NCBI GenBank assembly: GCA_000146045.2
Contig: BK006949.2
Location: 352,001-416,000 of the forward strand
Origin: TPA_inf: Saccharomyces
Taxonomy: Eukaryota
Length of the DNA stretch: 64,000 nt
Direction: 5' to 3'
The position numbers and the translations under genes are program-made. Below the pieces are notes generated by a model. That model searched no databases and was not told where the DNA came from. It worked only from the letters and a program-made list of their open reading frames with translations. Below, one piece after another: positions 32,773-44,701 of the stretch; the stretch's first letter is position 1, and each line of letters begins with the position of its first letter.

Positions 32773-34446
32773 TTAAATTCTTTTCGACATGTATGGACCG
32801 TCTAGTTCATATCCTAGTTTACCATAGTAATTTCTTACACCAACACCAGAAATAACAGAAATTTTCTCTGAACCATGCTCTTCCTTGGCGATTCTTTCCG
32901 CTTCTTCCATCAATAGAGTACCAAACCCTTGATGCTGGAATTTACGAGGATCTCTTGAATGAAGTGGAACCACAGAACCATAAACATGCAATTCTCTAAC
33001 AATAGAAGTCCTCTGGGAGGTGAATTCTTTTCTATATGTATATTTCTTTGAAGCCTTTCTCAATCTCAGCAAACCAATCAGTATATCTTTCTTTGGATCT
33101 TCATATGATAAAAAGGTTTCCCAACCACCATTTGCATAGTAATCCCTTCTGATAAGCTCGACCTGATCTGGTTGAACTTTATGATGCACTTCTTGGATAC
33201 CCACTTCCCTAGTACGAACATCCCTACAAGTTGTACCCAAGTCCTTCATTCTAGCTAATGCCAATTCTCTCAAGTTACCATTGTCAACACCTGAGGTAAC
33301 CAAGGGCATTGGAATGTCTCTTTGGACACGGTAGATTCTTGTCCATGGGGGCACTAGGGCCAAGATTCTAGCAACTAAGTCCACTAAGGCGTTGGCACTA
33401 TAAGACTTATACCTGCCCGTTTTCCAAAGTTCGTATAAACCTGTACCCCTAATGACTAAAGTTGGATAGATTTTCAACCCATCAGTCCTAAAATCAGGAT
33501 TTTCAAAATACTCTTTGAACTGTTCAATATCTCTTTCCATCCCAACATTTGGTAAATCTGGCATCATGTGAGAAACAACCTTATAACCAGCATCTTTAGA
33601 CACAGCAAAAGTTTCACAAACAGACCTAACGGTGTGTCCTCTATTAGTATCACGAGCAACGTCTTCGTACAAGGACTGAACACCAATTTCTAATCTGGTA
33701 CAGCCATATTTTAACATATCGTCCAAATGTGTTTGCGTACAATAATCAGGCCTAGTTTCGATTGTTATACCAACACACTTCGTTAAACTTTGTTGCGAAT
33801 AAAGAATAGCTTCATCAATATCATTACCATTGAACCCAGAAAGTGCATTATGCAATTTCACAATAAAATCTTCACGATATTCTTTTGGTAATGACATAAA
33901 TGTACCACCCATCAGAACATATTCGACTTTATCGATGGAGTGACCTAACTGTTTCAATTGTTCCACCCTACCACGTGCTTGTTCATAAGGGTCATAACGA
34001 GCTCTGATGGCACGCATTGAAGTTGGTTCATAGCCTGTGTAAGATTGTGTAGAATACTCAAAATCTGAATCTGGACCACCTGGACAATAAACACAAATAT
34101 TACCTGTATATGCAATGTGAGGACAACGATGTGGTTTACACATAACGGCTACCACTGCAATACCCGATGCTGTTCTTACTGGCTTAGCCTTCAATTTGGG
34201 TAATAAATATTTTTTGTATTGGTCTGGAATAGAATTAATGATATCGGTTAACCTTGGTTGTTGCTTTAGTTTATATTTCTTTGAATATTTAGTAATCAAA
34301 CCATTCAGATTAATTTCTCTTGTTGTTCCCGAGGTTAAAGAATCTGTTAACTCTAATGTGATATCAGCACAACATTGTATAAACCTTTCCTTTTCAGGTG
34401 CTAGCTTTTTTTTGTTAGTTTTTGGGCCTTTTCCATGACGAGCCAT
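32773..34446 (-). CDS. ELP3: Elongator catalytic subunit (557 aa), radical-SAM plus GNAT acetyltransferase domains
   Basis: ORF from ATG 34446. Radical-SAM Cys cluster ([17 protein letters not shown]) and a C-terminal GNAT fold ([17 protein letters not shown]). Highly conserved. Length matches YPL086C. Confidence 0.96.
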   Translation of the reverse strand: MARHGKGPKTNKKKLAPEKERFIQCCADITLELTDSLTSGTTREINLNGLITKYSKKYKLKQQPRLTDIINSIPDQYKKYLLPKLKAKPVRTASGIAVVAVMCKPHRCPHIAYTGNICVYCPGGPDSDFEYSTQSYTGYEPTSMRAIRARYDPYEQARGRVEQLKQLGHSIDKVEYVLMGGTFMSLPKEYREDFIVKLHNALSGFNGNDIDEAILYSQQSLTKCVGITIETRPDYCTQTHLDDMLKYGCTRLEIGVQSLYEDVARDTNRGHTVRSVCETFAVSKDAGYKVVSHMMPDLPNVGMERDIEQFKEYFENPDFRTDGLKIYPTLVIRGTGLYELWKTGRYKSYSANALVDLVARILALVPPWTRIYRVQRDIPMPLVTSGVDNGNLRELALARMKDLGTTCRDVRTREVGIQEVHHKVQPDQVELIRRDYYANGGWETFLSYEDPKKDILIGLLRLRKASKKYTYRKEFTSQRTSIVRELHVYGSVVPLHSRDPRKFQHQGFGTLLMEEAERIAKEEHGSEKISVISGVGVRNYYGKLGYELDGPYMSKRI

Positions 34447-35066
34447 CTTTGTCAGGGTGTTCTTCGATTTTCCTTAGGTGCTTTTAGGACTTGTTTATTT
34501 CAAAACTTTGCACTGGATAATTTGAGATGAGCTAACTAAATTTCAAAATTTTTTGACCATTTTTTTTTTTTCATGAGGAAGAGCCAGTGACAGTAAATAA
34601 TAAAAGGTGAAATGATTAAACAATGAAAGCGGCAGAAAAATAAAATCAAACAGTGGCAGTATTGACTTTTGAAAATCAGAAGTTCATCCTAAGTTAAGAC
34701 TTTCTTCTTTTAAGTGCTTTCTCCTTCTCTCACTGTCTTATCGCTGTATATCTCATTGTTGAATAATATAACACAACGTTATAAGTGATCATCACTTTCT
34801 GATCCATAATTTCAAACCTCAAGCGACCGTACATGTGGCATTTTCCACTATAAACTTACGAGCAAGAGAAAGATATACGGAAAAGGTTAATTGGCAGGTT
34901 ACACAAGATTTTGGTCATTGAATATTTGCAGCCCTCCTGCTTGAGAAACTGGACAACAACTGTTATCAATATTCCCTTTTCAAAATAGTGGTATTTAACT
35001 GGCCATAACCAAGGAAACCGTTGTACCTATTATTTTGTATAGTCTTCATTTAATAACGTGTTAAGA

Positions 35067-38000
35067 ATGACACCTGAAGCCAAGAAAAGGAAAAACCAAA
35101 AGAAGAAGTTGAAGCAAAAGCAAAAAAAAGCTGCTGAGAAAGCTGCTAGCCACAGTGAAGAACCACTTGAATTACCAGAAAGTACGATTAACAGCAGCTT
35201 CAACGACGACTCGGTGAACCGTACAGAATCTGACATAGCTTCAAAATCTGATGTTCCTCCGGTCTCATCATCTACCAATATCTCTCCGGCTAATGAAACA
35301 CAACTAGAAATACCTGATACTCAAGAATTGCATCATAAACTGCTCAACGACTCTGATCAACATGATATTACCGCGGACTCAAATGATTTGCCAGACAACT
35401 CAATCGTTGAACATGACTCTGTTATTACCCAAACAAAACCAGCCATGTCTCAAGAATACGAAGAGACTGCCGCTCACTTATCTTCGAGAAATCCATCGCT
35501 CGATGTAGTCGCGGGAGAACTTCACAATAATAATGAACATACCCAGAAAATTGCCGTATCCGCTGTGGAAGAGGATTCTTTCAATGAAGAAGAGGGTGAA
35601 AATCACGACAGCATAATAATTTCATCATTAAACGATGCTACCCCTTCTCAATATAATCATTTTCTCCCATCCGATGGCAATCTTCTTTCTCCAGAATTAT
35701 CTTCTGGTGATACGCCAACTCACAATGTTCCTCTAGGCACAAAAGACAATGAAATAAATGACGATGAGTATTGTAATGATAAGGAAATTAGTTTGAACGC
35801 AAATAATGTGCTTCCTGATGAACTTTCAAAGGAAGAAGATGAAAGATTAAAACTAGAAACGCATGTATCAACCGAAGAAAAGAAACAGGATATCGCTGAT
35901 CAGGAAACTGCAGAAAACTTATTTACGTCTAGTACAGAACCATCTGAGAATAAAATAAGAAATTCTGGTGATGATACCTCCATGTTGTTTCAAGATGACG
36001 AAAGTGATCAGAAGGTTCCATGGGAGGAAGATGTGAAGAAAGATTTTCATAATGAGAACACAAATAATACTCAAGAATCGGCACCGAACACAGATGATCG
36101 TGATAAGGGTTATGAAGGAAACGAAGCTTTGAAAAAGTCCGAAAGTTGTACAGCCGCGGACGAGAGGTCGTACTCTGAAGAAACTTCAGAAGATATCTTT
36201 CACGGACACGACAAACAGGTAGTTGAAGGCCAAAATGATTTCACTGGGAAAAATATTGAGAATGAAAGCCAGAAATTAATGGGGGAAGGGAATCATAAGT
36301 TACCGTTGTCTGCCGAAGCTGACATTATAGAACCTGGTAAGGATATTCAAGATCAAGCCGAGGATTTGTTTACGCAGAGCAGCGGAGACTTGGGAGAAGT
36401 TTTGCCATGGGAATCTACTGATAAAAACGCTGATGTAACGAGCAAATCCCAAGAGAAACATGAAGATTTATTTGCTGCTTCTGGAAACGATGAGAAACTT
36501 CCTTGGGAAGTTTCTGACGGTGAAGTATCATCGGGAAAGACGGAAAACAGCATGCAGACTAGTACTGAGAAAATAGCTGAGCAAAAGTTTTCGTTTTTGG
36601 AAAACGACGACGACCTTTTGGACGACGACGACAGCTTTTTGGCTTCTTCTGAGGAAGAAGACACAGTACCTAATACCGATAATACAACGAATTTAACCTC
36701 AAAACCAGTTGAAGAAAAAAAGGCTTCAAGATATAAACCTATTATCGAGGAGGAAGCAGGAATGCGTCAAGAGCAAGTTCATTTTACCAATACTACTGGC
36801 ATTGTAACACCGCAGCAGTTCCACGGTTTGACTAAAACTGGACTAGGCACCCCCAACCAACAAGTCAGTGTACCAAATATAGTTAGTCCTAAGCCTCCTG
36901 TGGTAAAAGACAATCGTTCAAATTTTAAGATAAATGAGGAGAAAAAGAAGTCTGATGCTTACGATTTTCCACTGGAAATTATTTCAGAAAGTTCCAAGAA
37001 GGGTCACGCAAAGCCGGTTGCCGTTCCTACTCAAAGGTTTGGCTCAGGGAATTCTTTTAGTTCTTTGGACAAACCAATTCCACAGAGCAGGAAAGGCTCT
37101 AATAACTCAAATAGGCCACCCGTGATCCCATTGGGGACGCAGGAGCCTCGATCTTCGAGAACTAACTCAGCGATCTCGCAATCTCCCGTTAATTATGCTT
37201 TCCCTAACCCATACAAAATTCAACAACTACAACAGGCTCCTATCCAATCAGGTATGCCTTTACCAAATACCAACATACCTCCCCCAGCATTAAAAGTGGA
37301 AACCACCGTTTCTGCTCCTCCAATTCGGGCAAGAGGGGTCAGCAATGCCTCCGTGGGAAGTTCAGCGTCTTTTGGTGCTAGACATGCAACACAGTACGGC
37401 CTCAATAACGGGGTACCTCCGGTTTCGCCATATGGTCAAGCTACCATAAATTTGCCAACTGCGAATAAGTATGCCCCCGTCTCTCCTACAGTTCAGCAGA
37501 AGCAATATCCATCAGTTGTGCAAAACCTTGGCGCTTCGGCCGTAAATACCCCCAATTTTGTAAAGACCCATAGAGGCCATACAAGCTCTATTAGTTCGTA
37601 TACACCAAACCAGAATGAACACGCCTCTAGATACGCACCCAACTATCAACAATCTTATCAGGTGCCATATACCTCACAACCTGTTGGTCCTGTAGCTGGG
37701 AATTCAAGCTATCAAAGCCAAACCCGAAGTTCTTATGCAGTTCCTATGATGCCCCAGGCTCAAACTTCAGCAAGTATTCAGCCTCACGCGAACATTCAAC
37801 CGCCTACTGGCATTTTACCTTTAGCCCCCTTACGACCTCTAGACCCCTTACAAGCCGCTACGAACTTGCAACCCCGTGCAAGCAACATAACGGCTGCAAA
37901 TTCACTACCTCTTGCAAATTTGCCACTTGCTGAAAACATACTGCCAGAAATTATCACGCATCGAGCTACAAGTAGTGTTGCACCACCACGACAGGAAAAT

Positions 38001-41000
38001 AATCCAATTAAAATAGACAACGAGGCTTTATTACGCCGTCAATTTCCGATTTTTCATTGGAGTGCTGCAAACAAGGTCGTGTACGCAGTCCCCCCTATCC
38101 CTGACCAATCGCAGTACATGATTTCATCAAGCATTGTACAGGAAATAAAAGTGACACCAATTGACCAGATAATTAAACCGAACGATATGCTCAAAAGCTT
38201 CCCAGGTCCTTTGGGTAGTGCCAAATTAAAAAAAAAGGATTTAACCAAATGGATGGAAACCACTATTAAATCCATATCTGAAAATGAATCATCCACTGAT
38301 ATGACTATATGGCAACTATTGGAAATGAAACTAAACGATAAAGTTAACTGGAAAAATATTTCAAAACTACTATACAATTCTGACGAACTTTTAATGTACC
38401 TATCTCAGCCCTTTCCAAACGGTGACATGATTCCAAATGCATATAGACTGGATATAAATTGTCAGATGAGAGTCCTGGCGTTCTTACAAACGGGAAATCA
38501 CGATGAGGCACTTCGCTTAGCTTTAAGCAAGAGGGATTATGCCATTGCACTATTGGTTGGCAGTTTAATGGGTAAAGACAGATGGTCTGAAGTCATTCAG
38601 AAATATTTATATGAAGGGTTTACTGCGGGGCCAAACGACCAAAAAGAATTGGCACACTTTCTGCTCCTTATCTTTCAAGTATTTGTTGGTAACTCCAAAA
38701 TGGCCATAAAAAGTTTCTACACTAATAATGAGACCAGTCAATGGGCATCCGAAAACTGGAAGAGTATCGTTGCAGCTGTTCTGATTAATATCCCAGAAAA
38801 TAATGAAGATCCACTACTTATACCACCTGTTGTCCTTGAATTTTTGATAGAGTTCGGTATATTCCTCACCAAAAAGGGCTTGACAGCCGCAGCTAGTACA
38901 TTATTTATTATTGGTAACGTACCACTTTCTAATGAGCCAGTAATGGCAGATTCAGACGTTATATTTGAAAGTATTGGAAACATGAATACTTTTGAAAGCA
39001 TTCTATGGGATGAAATCTACGAGTATATATTCTCGTATGACCCTAAATTCAAAGGATTTTCATCTATTTTGCCCCAGAAGATATACCATGCATCTCTTTT
39101 ACAAGAACAAGGTTTGAACAGCCTGGGGACAAAGTATACTGATTACCTCAGTTCCTCAGTTCGAAAACTGCCTAAGAAAGATATTTTAACAATAAACCTC
39201 ACTCGTGAATTGAGTGAGGTGGCTAGTAGGCTTTCCGAGTCTAATACAGGATGGCTTGCAAAACCAAAACTAAGCAGCGTATGGGGTCAATTAGATAAAT
39301 CCTTCAATAAATATATTGGTGGCGATGATATTGATGCATTGAATAAAAAAAATGATAAAAAGAAAGTTTTTGATGGGTTCACACCGGGATCTTCTGCCAA
39401 TTCGTCAACTGTGGATCTCACCCAAACATTCACACCTTTCCAAGCTCAAGTTACTTCGCAAAGCTATGTGGATACTACAGCTCTTTTGCATAATGCCCAT
39501 AATGTACCAAGCCATAGTGTGCTGCATTCAAAGCCTTCCAATGTGTCAAAGGGGTTAGTTGAAGCAAACTTACCGTATACGCATAGGATCGGTGATAGTT
39601 TGCAGGGATCTCCTCAGCGCATTCATAATACACAGTTCGCTGCTGCTGAGCCTCAAATGGCTTCTTTGAGAAGAGTTAGAACAGACCAGCATACAAACGA
39701 AAAGGCTTTGAAGAGTCAGCAGATTTTAGAGAAAAAGTCTACGGCCTACACTCCACAATTTGGACAGAACCATAGCGTTCCAATGGAAAAGTCTAATTCG
39801 AATGTGCCATCTTTATTTGCCGACTTCCCTGCTCCACCCAAACTTGGAACAGTGCCGTCTAATTATGTGTCTAGTCCTGACTTAGTAAGAAGGGAGTCTA
39901 TCATATCTACCGGATCAGAATTTCTTCCTCCTCCCAAAATTGGGGTACCTACTAAAGCTAATTCCTCGCAGGGATCGCTTATGTACTCACCAAGTGTGGA
40001 AGCTTTGCCTATCGACCCTGTCGTCCCGCAAGTTCATGAGACGGGATACAATGATTTTGGTAACAAACATTCTCAAAAAAGTATGCCTGAAGATGAATCT
40101 CACACATCACATGATAATAGCAATGCTGATCAAAATACATTAAAAGACTCTGCAGATGTTACAGATGAAACAATGGATATTGAAGGACCTGGCTTCAACG
40201 ATGTGAAGAATCTTCTTCCTATGGAGCCCAACCACCAGCCTACGTCTACAGTAAATCCTATACAAACTATTAGTGACGATATCCAACCGATTCTTCAAAC
40301 TAACGTGGAGGTCCGGGGTACTGATGCATCGAAAATGGAAAATTCACTTCCCTCCATTGAAAATGAAAGAAGTAGCGAGGAGCAGCCAGAAAACATTTCA
40401 AAATCAGCATCATCAGCATATTTACCATCAACTGGTGGATTGTCACTCGAAAACAGACCGCTAACTCAGGATGAAAACAGTATCTCAGAGACAGTTCAAT
40501 CCACATACTTGCCAGCAGGAAGTATTTCAATGGAAGCTAAACCAATTTCTCAAGTGCAAGATGTTCCAAGAAATGTTAATAATAAAGCATCCAAACTTGT
40601 GGAGCAACATATGGCACCACCAAAGCCAAAAAGTACTGACGCAACCAAAATGAACTACTCACCATACGTGCCTCAATCAACTGCCGCTAGTGCAGATGGC
40701 GATGAATCAACGATTCTGAAAACATCGCCTGCTATATATGCAAGAACTCACCAAGCACATGCATCCAATCCATCACAATACTTTCCTTTGGTCAACCAAG
40801 CAAATGAAACTGCTTCATTCGAATTATCTGAATCAACATCCCAGGCACAAAGTAATGGAAATGTTGCTTCAGAAAATAGATTCAGCCCAATAAAGAAAGC
40901 CGAAGTCGTCGAGAAAGACACTTTTCAACCTACTATTAGGAAGGCTTCAACTAACCAATACAGGGCTTTTAAACCGTTGGAATCAGATGCGGATAAATAC

Positions 41001-41654
41001 AATGACGTTATTGAAGATGAATCCGATGACGACAATATGTCTACTGATGAGGCAAAGAACAGAAAGGAAGAAAAAAAGAATGTGAATATGAAAAAGGAAA
41101 CAAAACCAAGTAACAAGGACATAGATGACAAGTCTAATGGTTGGTTTGGTTGGTTGAAGAAAGATACTGGCGACAAAAAAGTGTATAAGGCCAAGCTAGG
41201 TCATAAAAACACACTATACTATGATGAAAAATTGAAACGTTGGGTGAATAAGGACGCAACCGAAGAGGAAAAACAAAAAATTATTGAAAGTTCGGCACCA
41301 CCACCTCCTCCAATCGTGAAACGTAAAGATGGCGGCCCAAAGACAAAGCCACGTTCAGGCCCCATCAATAATTCCCTACCTCCAGTACATGCCACATCAG
41401 TTATTCCGAACAATCCAATCACTGGTGAGCCTTTGCCGATCAAAACATCCCCTTCTCCTACAGGACCCAATCCAAACAATTCTCCATCACCATCCTCTCC
41501 CATATCAAGGATTTCTGGCGTAAACTTGACTAGCAAAAAGGCAAACGGTTTGGATGATTTATTGAGTTTGGCAGGAGGACCCAAACCAGCAAGTACGAGA
41601 AGGAAGAAGAAAACAGCGAGAGGCTATGTTAATGTAATGGATAACATACAATAA
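35067..41654 (+). CDS. SEC16: COPII ER-exit-site scaffold protein (2195 aa)
   Basis: The track ORF starts at a GTG 3 codons upstream; ATG 35067 gives MTPEAKKRKNQKKKLKQKQKK... A huge, largely low-complexity acidic/Ser-Pro-rich protein with a central conserved domain. Length 2195 aa matches YPL085W. Confidence 0.9.
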   Translation: MTPEAKKRKNQKKKLKQKQKKAAEKAASHSEEPLELPESTINSSFNDDSVNRTESDIASKSDVPPVSSSTNISPANETQLEIPDTQELHHKLLNDSDQHDITADSNDLPDNSIVEHDSVITQTKPAMSQEYEETAAHLSSRNPSLDVVAGELHNNNEHTQKIAVSAVEEDSFNEEEGENHDSIIISSLNDATPSQYNHFLPSDGNLLSPELSSGDTPTHNVPLGTKDNEINDDEYCNDKEISLNANNVLPDELSKEEDERLKLETHVSTEEKKQDIADQETAENLFTSSTEPSENKIRNSGDDTSMLFQDDESDQKVPWEEDVKKDFHNENTNNTQESAPNTDDRDKGYEGNEALKKSESCTAADERSYSEETSEDIFHGHDKQVVEGQNDFTGKNIENESQKLMGEGNHKLPLSAEADIIEPGKDIQDQAEDLFTQSSGDLGEVLPWESTDKNADVTSKSQEKHEDLFAASGNDEKLPWEVSDGEVSSGKTENSMQTSTEKIAEQKFSFLENDDDLLDDDDSFLASSEEEDTVPNTDNTTNLTSKPVEEKKASRYKPIIEEEAGMRQEQVHFTNTTGIVTPQQFHGLTKTGLGTPNQQVSVPNIVSPKPPVVKDNRSNFKINEEKKKSDAYDFPLEIISESSKKGHAKPVAVPTQRFGSGNSFSSLDKPIPQSRKGSNNSNRPPVIPLGTQEPRSSRTNSAISQSPVNYAFPNPYKIQQLQQAPIQSGMPLPNTNIPPPALKVETTVSAPPIRARGVSNASVGSSASFGARHATQYGLNNGVPPVSPYGQATINLPTANKYAPVSPTVQQKQYPSVVQNLGASAVNTPNFVKTHRGHTSSISSYTPNQNEHASRYAPNYQQSYQVPYTSQPVGPVAGNSSYQSQTRSSYAVPMMPQAQTSASIQPHANIQPPTGILPLAPLRPLDPLQAATNLQPRASNITAANSLPLANLPLAENILPEIITHRATSSVAPPRQENNPIKIDNEALLRRQFPIFHWSAANKVVYAVPPIPDQSQYMISSSIVQEIKVTPIDQIIKPNDMLKSFPGPLGSAKLKKKDLTKWMETTIKSISENESSTDMTIWQLLEMKLNDKVNWKNISKLLYNSDELLMYLSQPFPNGDMIPNAYRLDINCQMRVLAFLQTGNHDEALRLALSKRDYAIALLVGSLMGKDRWSEVIQKYLYEGFTAGPNDQKELAHFLLLIFQVFVGNSKMAIKSFYTNNETSQWASENWKSIVAAVLINIPENNEDPLLIPPVVLEFLIEFGIFLTKKGLTAAASTLFIIGNVPLSNEPVMADSDVIFESIGNMNTFESILWDEIYEYIFSYDPKFKGFSSILPQKIYHASLLQEQGLNSLGTKYTDYLSSSVRKLPKKDILTINLTRELSEVASRLSESNTGWLAKPKLSSVWGQLDKSFNKYIGGDDIDALNKKNDKKKVFDGFTPGSSANSSTVDLTQTFTPFQAQVTSQSYVDTTALLHNAHNVPSHSVLHSKPSNVSKGLVEANLPYTHRIGDSLQGSPQRIHNTQFAAAEPQMASLRRVRTDQHTNEKALKSQQILEKKSTAYTPQFGQNHSVPMEKSNSNVPSLFADFPAPPKLGTVPSNYVSSPDLVRRESIISTGSEFLPPPKIGVPTKANSSQGSLMYSPSVEALPIDPVVPQVHETGYNDFGNKHSQKSMPEDESHTSHDNSNADQNTLKDSADVTDETMDIEGPGFNDVKNLLPMEPNHQPTSTVNPIQTISDDIQPILQTNVEVRGTDASKMENSLPSIENERSSEEQPENISKSASSAYLPSTGGLSLENRPLTQDENSISETVQSTYLPAGSISMEAKPISQVQDVPRNVNNKASKLVEQHMAPPKPKSTDATKMNYSPYVPQSTAASADGDESTILKTSPAIYARTHQAHASNPSQYFPLVNQANETASFELSESTSQAQSNGNVASENRFSPIKKAEVVEKDTFQPTIRKASTNQYRAFKPLESDADKYNDVIEDESDDDNMSTDEAKNRKEEKKNVNMKKETKPSNKDIDDKSNGWFGWLKKDTGDKKVYKAKLGHKNTLYYDEKLKRWVNKDATEEEKQKIIESSAPPPPPIVKRKDGGPKTKPRSGPINNSLPPVHATSVIPNNPITGEPLPIKTSPSPTGPNPNNSPSPSSPISRISGVNLTSKKANGLDDLLSLAGGPKPASTRRKKKTARGYVNVMDNIQ

Positions 41655-42037
41655 TTATAGTAATACGTTTTTCTTTCATGGTACCCTTATGCCTTCCCTT
41701 TTCTTGATGTATATTATATACTTATAAAAACCGTAGTAAATTTTATTAAAACAATGATTACAGGAATCCGTATTTAGGTTATGCATCGTTGTCAGTAAGA
41801 AATCAGATGAATGCGATCTGAAACTTTGCTTATACTAATATTATTCTATCATACCTCATTTTCTTGCTTCGATTAATGCAGGACGCCGGTTCCGGGTTAG
41901 GATCACCGAGAAACAGAAAGCAAGCAAGGCTTCAGTTACAATTCGAAGAAGTACTAAGGGGGTTGTCGTGGAAAAATCTTGAATCAGAAAGCGGCTGACT
42001 GGAGCATTACTAGGTTCATTACTCACTGGTTCTACTC

Positions 42038-44572
42038 ATGAAACCTTACTTATTTGACCTAAAGCTAAAAGACACAGAGAAGCTGGATTGGAAAAAAGGC
42101 CTCTCCTCATATCTCAAGAAATCATACGGCTCCTCACAATGGAGAACATTTTATGATGAGAAAGCTACTTCAGAACTGGATCACTTAAGGAATAATGCAA
42201 ATGGAGAACTAGCACCTTCTTCATTGTCGGAACAAAATCTAAAATATTACTCATTTTTGGAGCATCTTTATTTTCGCCTGGGTAGCAAAGGATCAAGATT
42301 AAAAATGGATTTCACTTGGTATGACGCAGAATACTCATCGGCCCAGAAAGGATTGAAATACACGCAACATACGTTAGCATTTGAAAAGTCTTGTACTTTG
42401 TTCAACATTGCTGTAATCTTTACCCAAATTGCGAGGGAGAATATCAATGAGGACTACAAAAACTCAATCGCAAATTTGACAAAAGCTTTTTCCTGTTTTG
42501 AATATCTATCAGAAAATTTTTTGAACTCACCTTCAGTCGATCTTCAGTCAGAAAACACTAGGTTTCTGGCTAATATTTGCCATGCAGAAGCTCAAGAATT
42601 GTTTGTCTTGAAATTATTAAATGATCAAATATCATCCAAGCAATATACATTAATCAGTAAACTTTCTAGAGCCACGTGTAACCTCTTTCAGAAATGTCAC
42701 GATTTTATGAAAGAAATAGATGACGATGTGGCCATTTATGGTGAACCCAAATGGAAAACGACAGTTACTTGCAAACTGCATTTCTACAAATCGTTAAGCG
42801 CTTATTATCACGGTTTACACCTTGAAGAAGAAAATAGAGTTGGCGAAGCAATTGCTTTTCTCGATTTTTCTATGCAACAATTGATTTCATCCCTTCCATT
42901 CAAAACGTGGTTAGTGGAATTTATAGACTTTGATGGGTTTAAAGAAACTTTAGAAAAGAAACAAAAGGAGTTGATTAAAGATAACGATTTTATATATCAT
43001 GAAAGCGTTCCAGCCGTTGTGCAGGTTGATTCCATTAAGGCGCTCGATGCAATAAAATCTCCAACATGGGAGAAGATATTAGAACCATATATGCAAGATG
43101 TTGCAAATAAATGTGACTCTTTGTACAGAGGAATTATTCCCCTAGATGTCTATGAAAAGGAAAGTATTTACTCAGAAGAAAAAGCGACGCTGTTGAGAAA
43201 GCAAGTTGAAGAAACTGAGACAGCAAATTTGGAATATTCTTCCTTCATCGAATTTACAAATCTACCCAGGCTCTTGAGTGATTTGGAAAAACAATTTAGT
43301 GACGGAAATATTTTCTCGAATACGGATACACAGGGACAATTGATGAGGGACCAAATTCAGACATGGTGTAAATTTATCCAAACAAATGAATTTAGGGATA
43401 TAGAAGAACAGATGAACAAAATTGTTTTCAAAAGGAAACAAATTTTAGAAATCCTTTCTGCCTTACCCAATGATCAAAAAGAAAATGTTACAAAACTAAA
43501 ATCTTCTTTAGTAGCTGCTTCAAACTCAGACGAAAAATTGTTCGCATGCGTAAAACCACATATTGTCGAGATCAATCTATTGAATGACAATGGAAAAATA
43601 TGGAAGAAGTTTGACGAATTTAATCGCAATACGCCTCCACAACCTAGCCTATTGGATATCGATGATACCAAAAACGACAAGATATTAGAGTTGTTAAAAC
43701 AAGTAAAGGGCCATGCGGAAGACTTAAGAACATTGAAAGAGGAACGTTCGAGAAATTTGTCTGAACTAAGAGACGAAATCAACAACGATGATATCACAAA
43801 ATTATTAATTATTAATAAGGGGAAATCCGATGTTGAGCTCAAAGATTTATTCGAGGTGGAACTGGAGAAATTCGAGCCTTTGAGCACAAGAATAGAGGCG
43901 ACAATTTACAAACAATCTTCAATGATAGATGACATCAAAGCCAAGCTAGATGAAATTTTTCACCTTTCAAATTTCAAGGATAAATCTTCTGGGGAAGAAA
44001 AATTTTTAGAAGATCGTAAGAATTTTTTTGATAAGCTGCAAGAAGCAGTGAAATCATTCAGTATTTTTGCATCCGACTTGCCAAAAGGAATAGAGTTCTA
44101 TGATTCATTATTCAATATGAGTAGAGACTTAGCAGAAAGAGTGAGAGTTGCAAAGCAGACCGAGGATTCAACAGCTAATTCTCCCGCTCCTCCCCTCCCT
44201 CCACTTGATTCTAAAGCGTCTGTCGTTGGGGGTCCTCCATTACTGCCCCAAAAAAGTGCAGCCTTTCAGTCATTATCTAGACAAGGGCTCAATTTAGGGG
44301 ACCAATTTCAAAATCTCAAAATAAGTGCCGGCAGTGATTTACCTCAAGGACCCGGTATTCCACCAAGAACTTATGAAGCTTCGCCATATGCTGCAACGCC
44401 TACTATGGCAGCCCCACCAGTACCACCGAAACAATCGCAAGAGGATATGTACGACTTGAGAAGACGTAAAGCAGTTGAAAACGAAGAACGTGAACTGCAA
44501 GAGAATCCTACGTCCTTTTACAATAGACCCTCTGTTTTTGATGAAAATATGTACTCCAAATACAGCAGTTAG
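42038..44572 (+). CDS. BRO1: Bro1-domain ESCRT-III/Doa4-recruiting MVB sorting protein (844 aa)
   Basis: ORF from ATG 42038. N-terminal Bro1 domain, central V domain and a Pro-rich C-terminus (PAPPLPPLD, PPVPPKQ). Length matches YPL084W. Confidence 0.94.
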   Translation: MKPYLFDLKLKDTEKLDWKKGLSSYLKKSYGSSQWRTFYDEKATSELDHLRNNANGELAPSSLSEQNLKYYSFLEHLYFRLGSKGSRLKMDFTWYDAEYSSAQKGLKYTQHTLAFEKSCTLFNIAVIFTQIARENINEDYKNSIANLTKAFSCFEYLSENFLNSPSVDLQSENTRFLANICHAEAQELFVLKLLNDQISSKQYTLISKLSRATCNLFQKCHDFMKEIDDDVAIYGEPKWKTTVTCKLHFYKSLSAYYHGLHLEEENRVGEAIAFLDFSMQQLISSLPFKTWLVEFIDFDGFKETLEKKQKELIKDNDFIYHESVPAVVQVDSIKALDAIKSPTWEKILEPYMQDVANKCDSLYRGIIPLDVYEKESIYSEEKATLLRKQVEETETANLEYSSFIEFTNLPRLLSDLEKQFSDGNIFSNTDTQGQLMRDQIQTWCKFIQTNEFRDIEEQMNKIVFKRKQILEILSALPNDQKENVTKLKSSLVAASNSDEKLFACVKPHIVEINLLNDNGKIWKKFDEFNRNTPPQPSLLDIDDTKNDKILELLKQVKGHAEDLRTLKEERSRNLSELRDEINNDDITKLLIINKGKSDVELKDLFEVELEKFEPLSTRIEATIYKQSSMIDDIKAKLDEIFHLSNFKDKSSGEEKFLEDRKNFFDKLQEAVKSFSIFASDLPKGIEFYDSLFNMSRDLAERVRVAKQTEDSTANSPAPPLPPLDSKASVVGGPPLLPQKSAAFQSLSRQGLNLGDQFQNLKISAGSDLPQGPGIPPRTYEASPYAATPTMAAPPVPPKQSQEDMYDLRRRKAVENEERELQENPTSFYNRPSVFDENMYSKYSS

Positions 44573-44701
44573 GTGCATTTCTTATTTCTTAATTTTATTG
44601 TAGCTTTTTTTTTTCAACTAATATGATAATTATATATATACCGGATTTGTTGAAAGCCAGTTTTGCAAGGATAAAGAAACTGCGATTTAGCAAAAGTCCC
44701 T

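Noticed and set aside
36353-41584. Multiple 60-120 codon ORFs on both strands inside SEC16 (e.g. 36353-36664 -, 38054-38377 -, 41219-41584 -)
   Set aside because: They lie inside a 6.6-kb bona fide CDS with biased composition. They have no motifs and are expected by chance in a long ORF.
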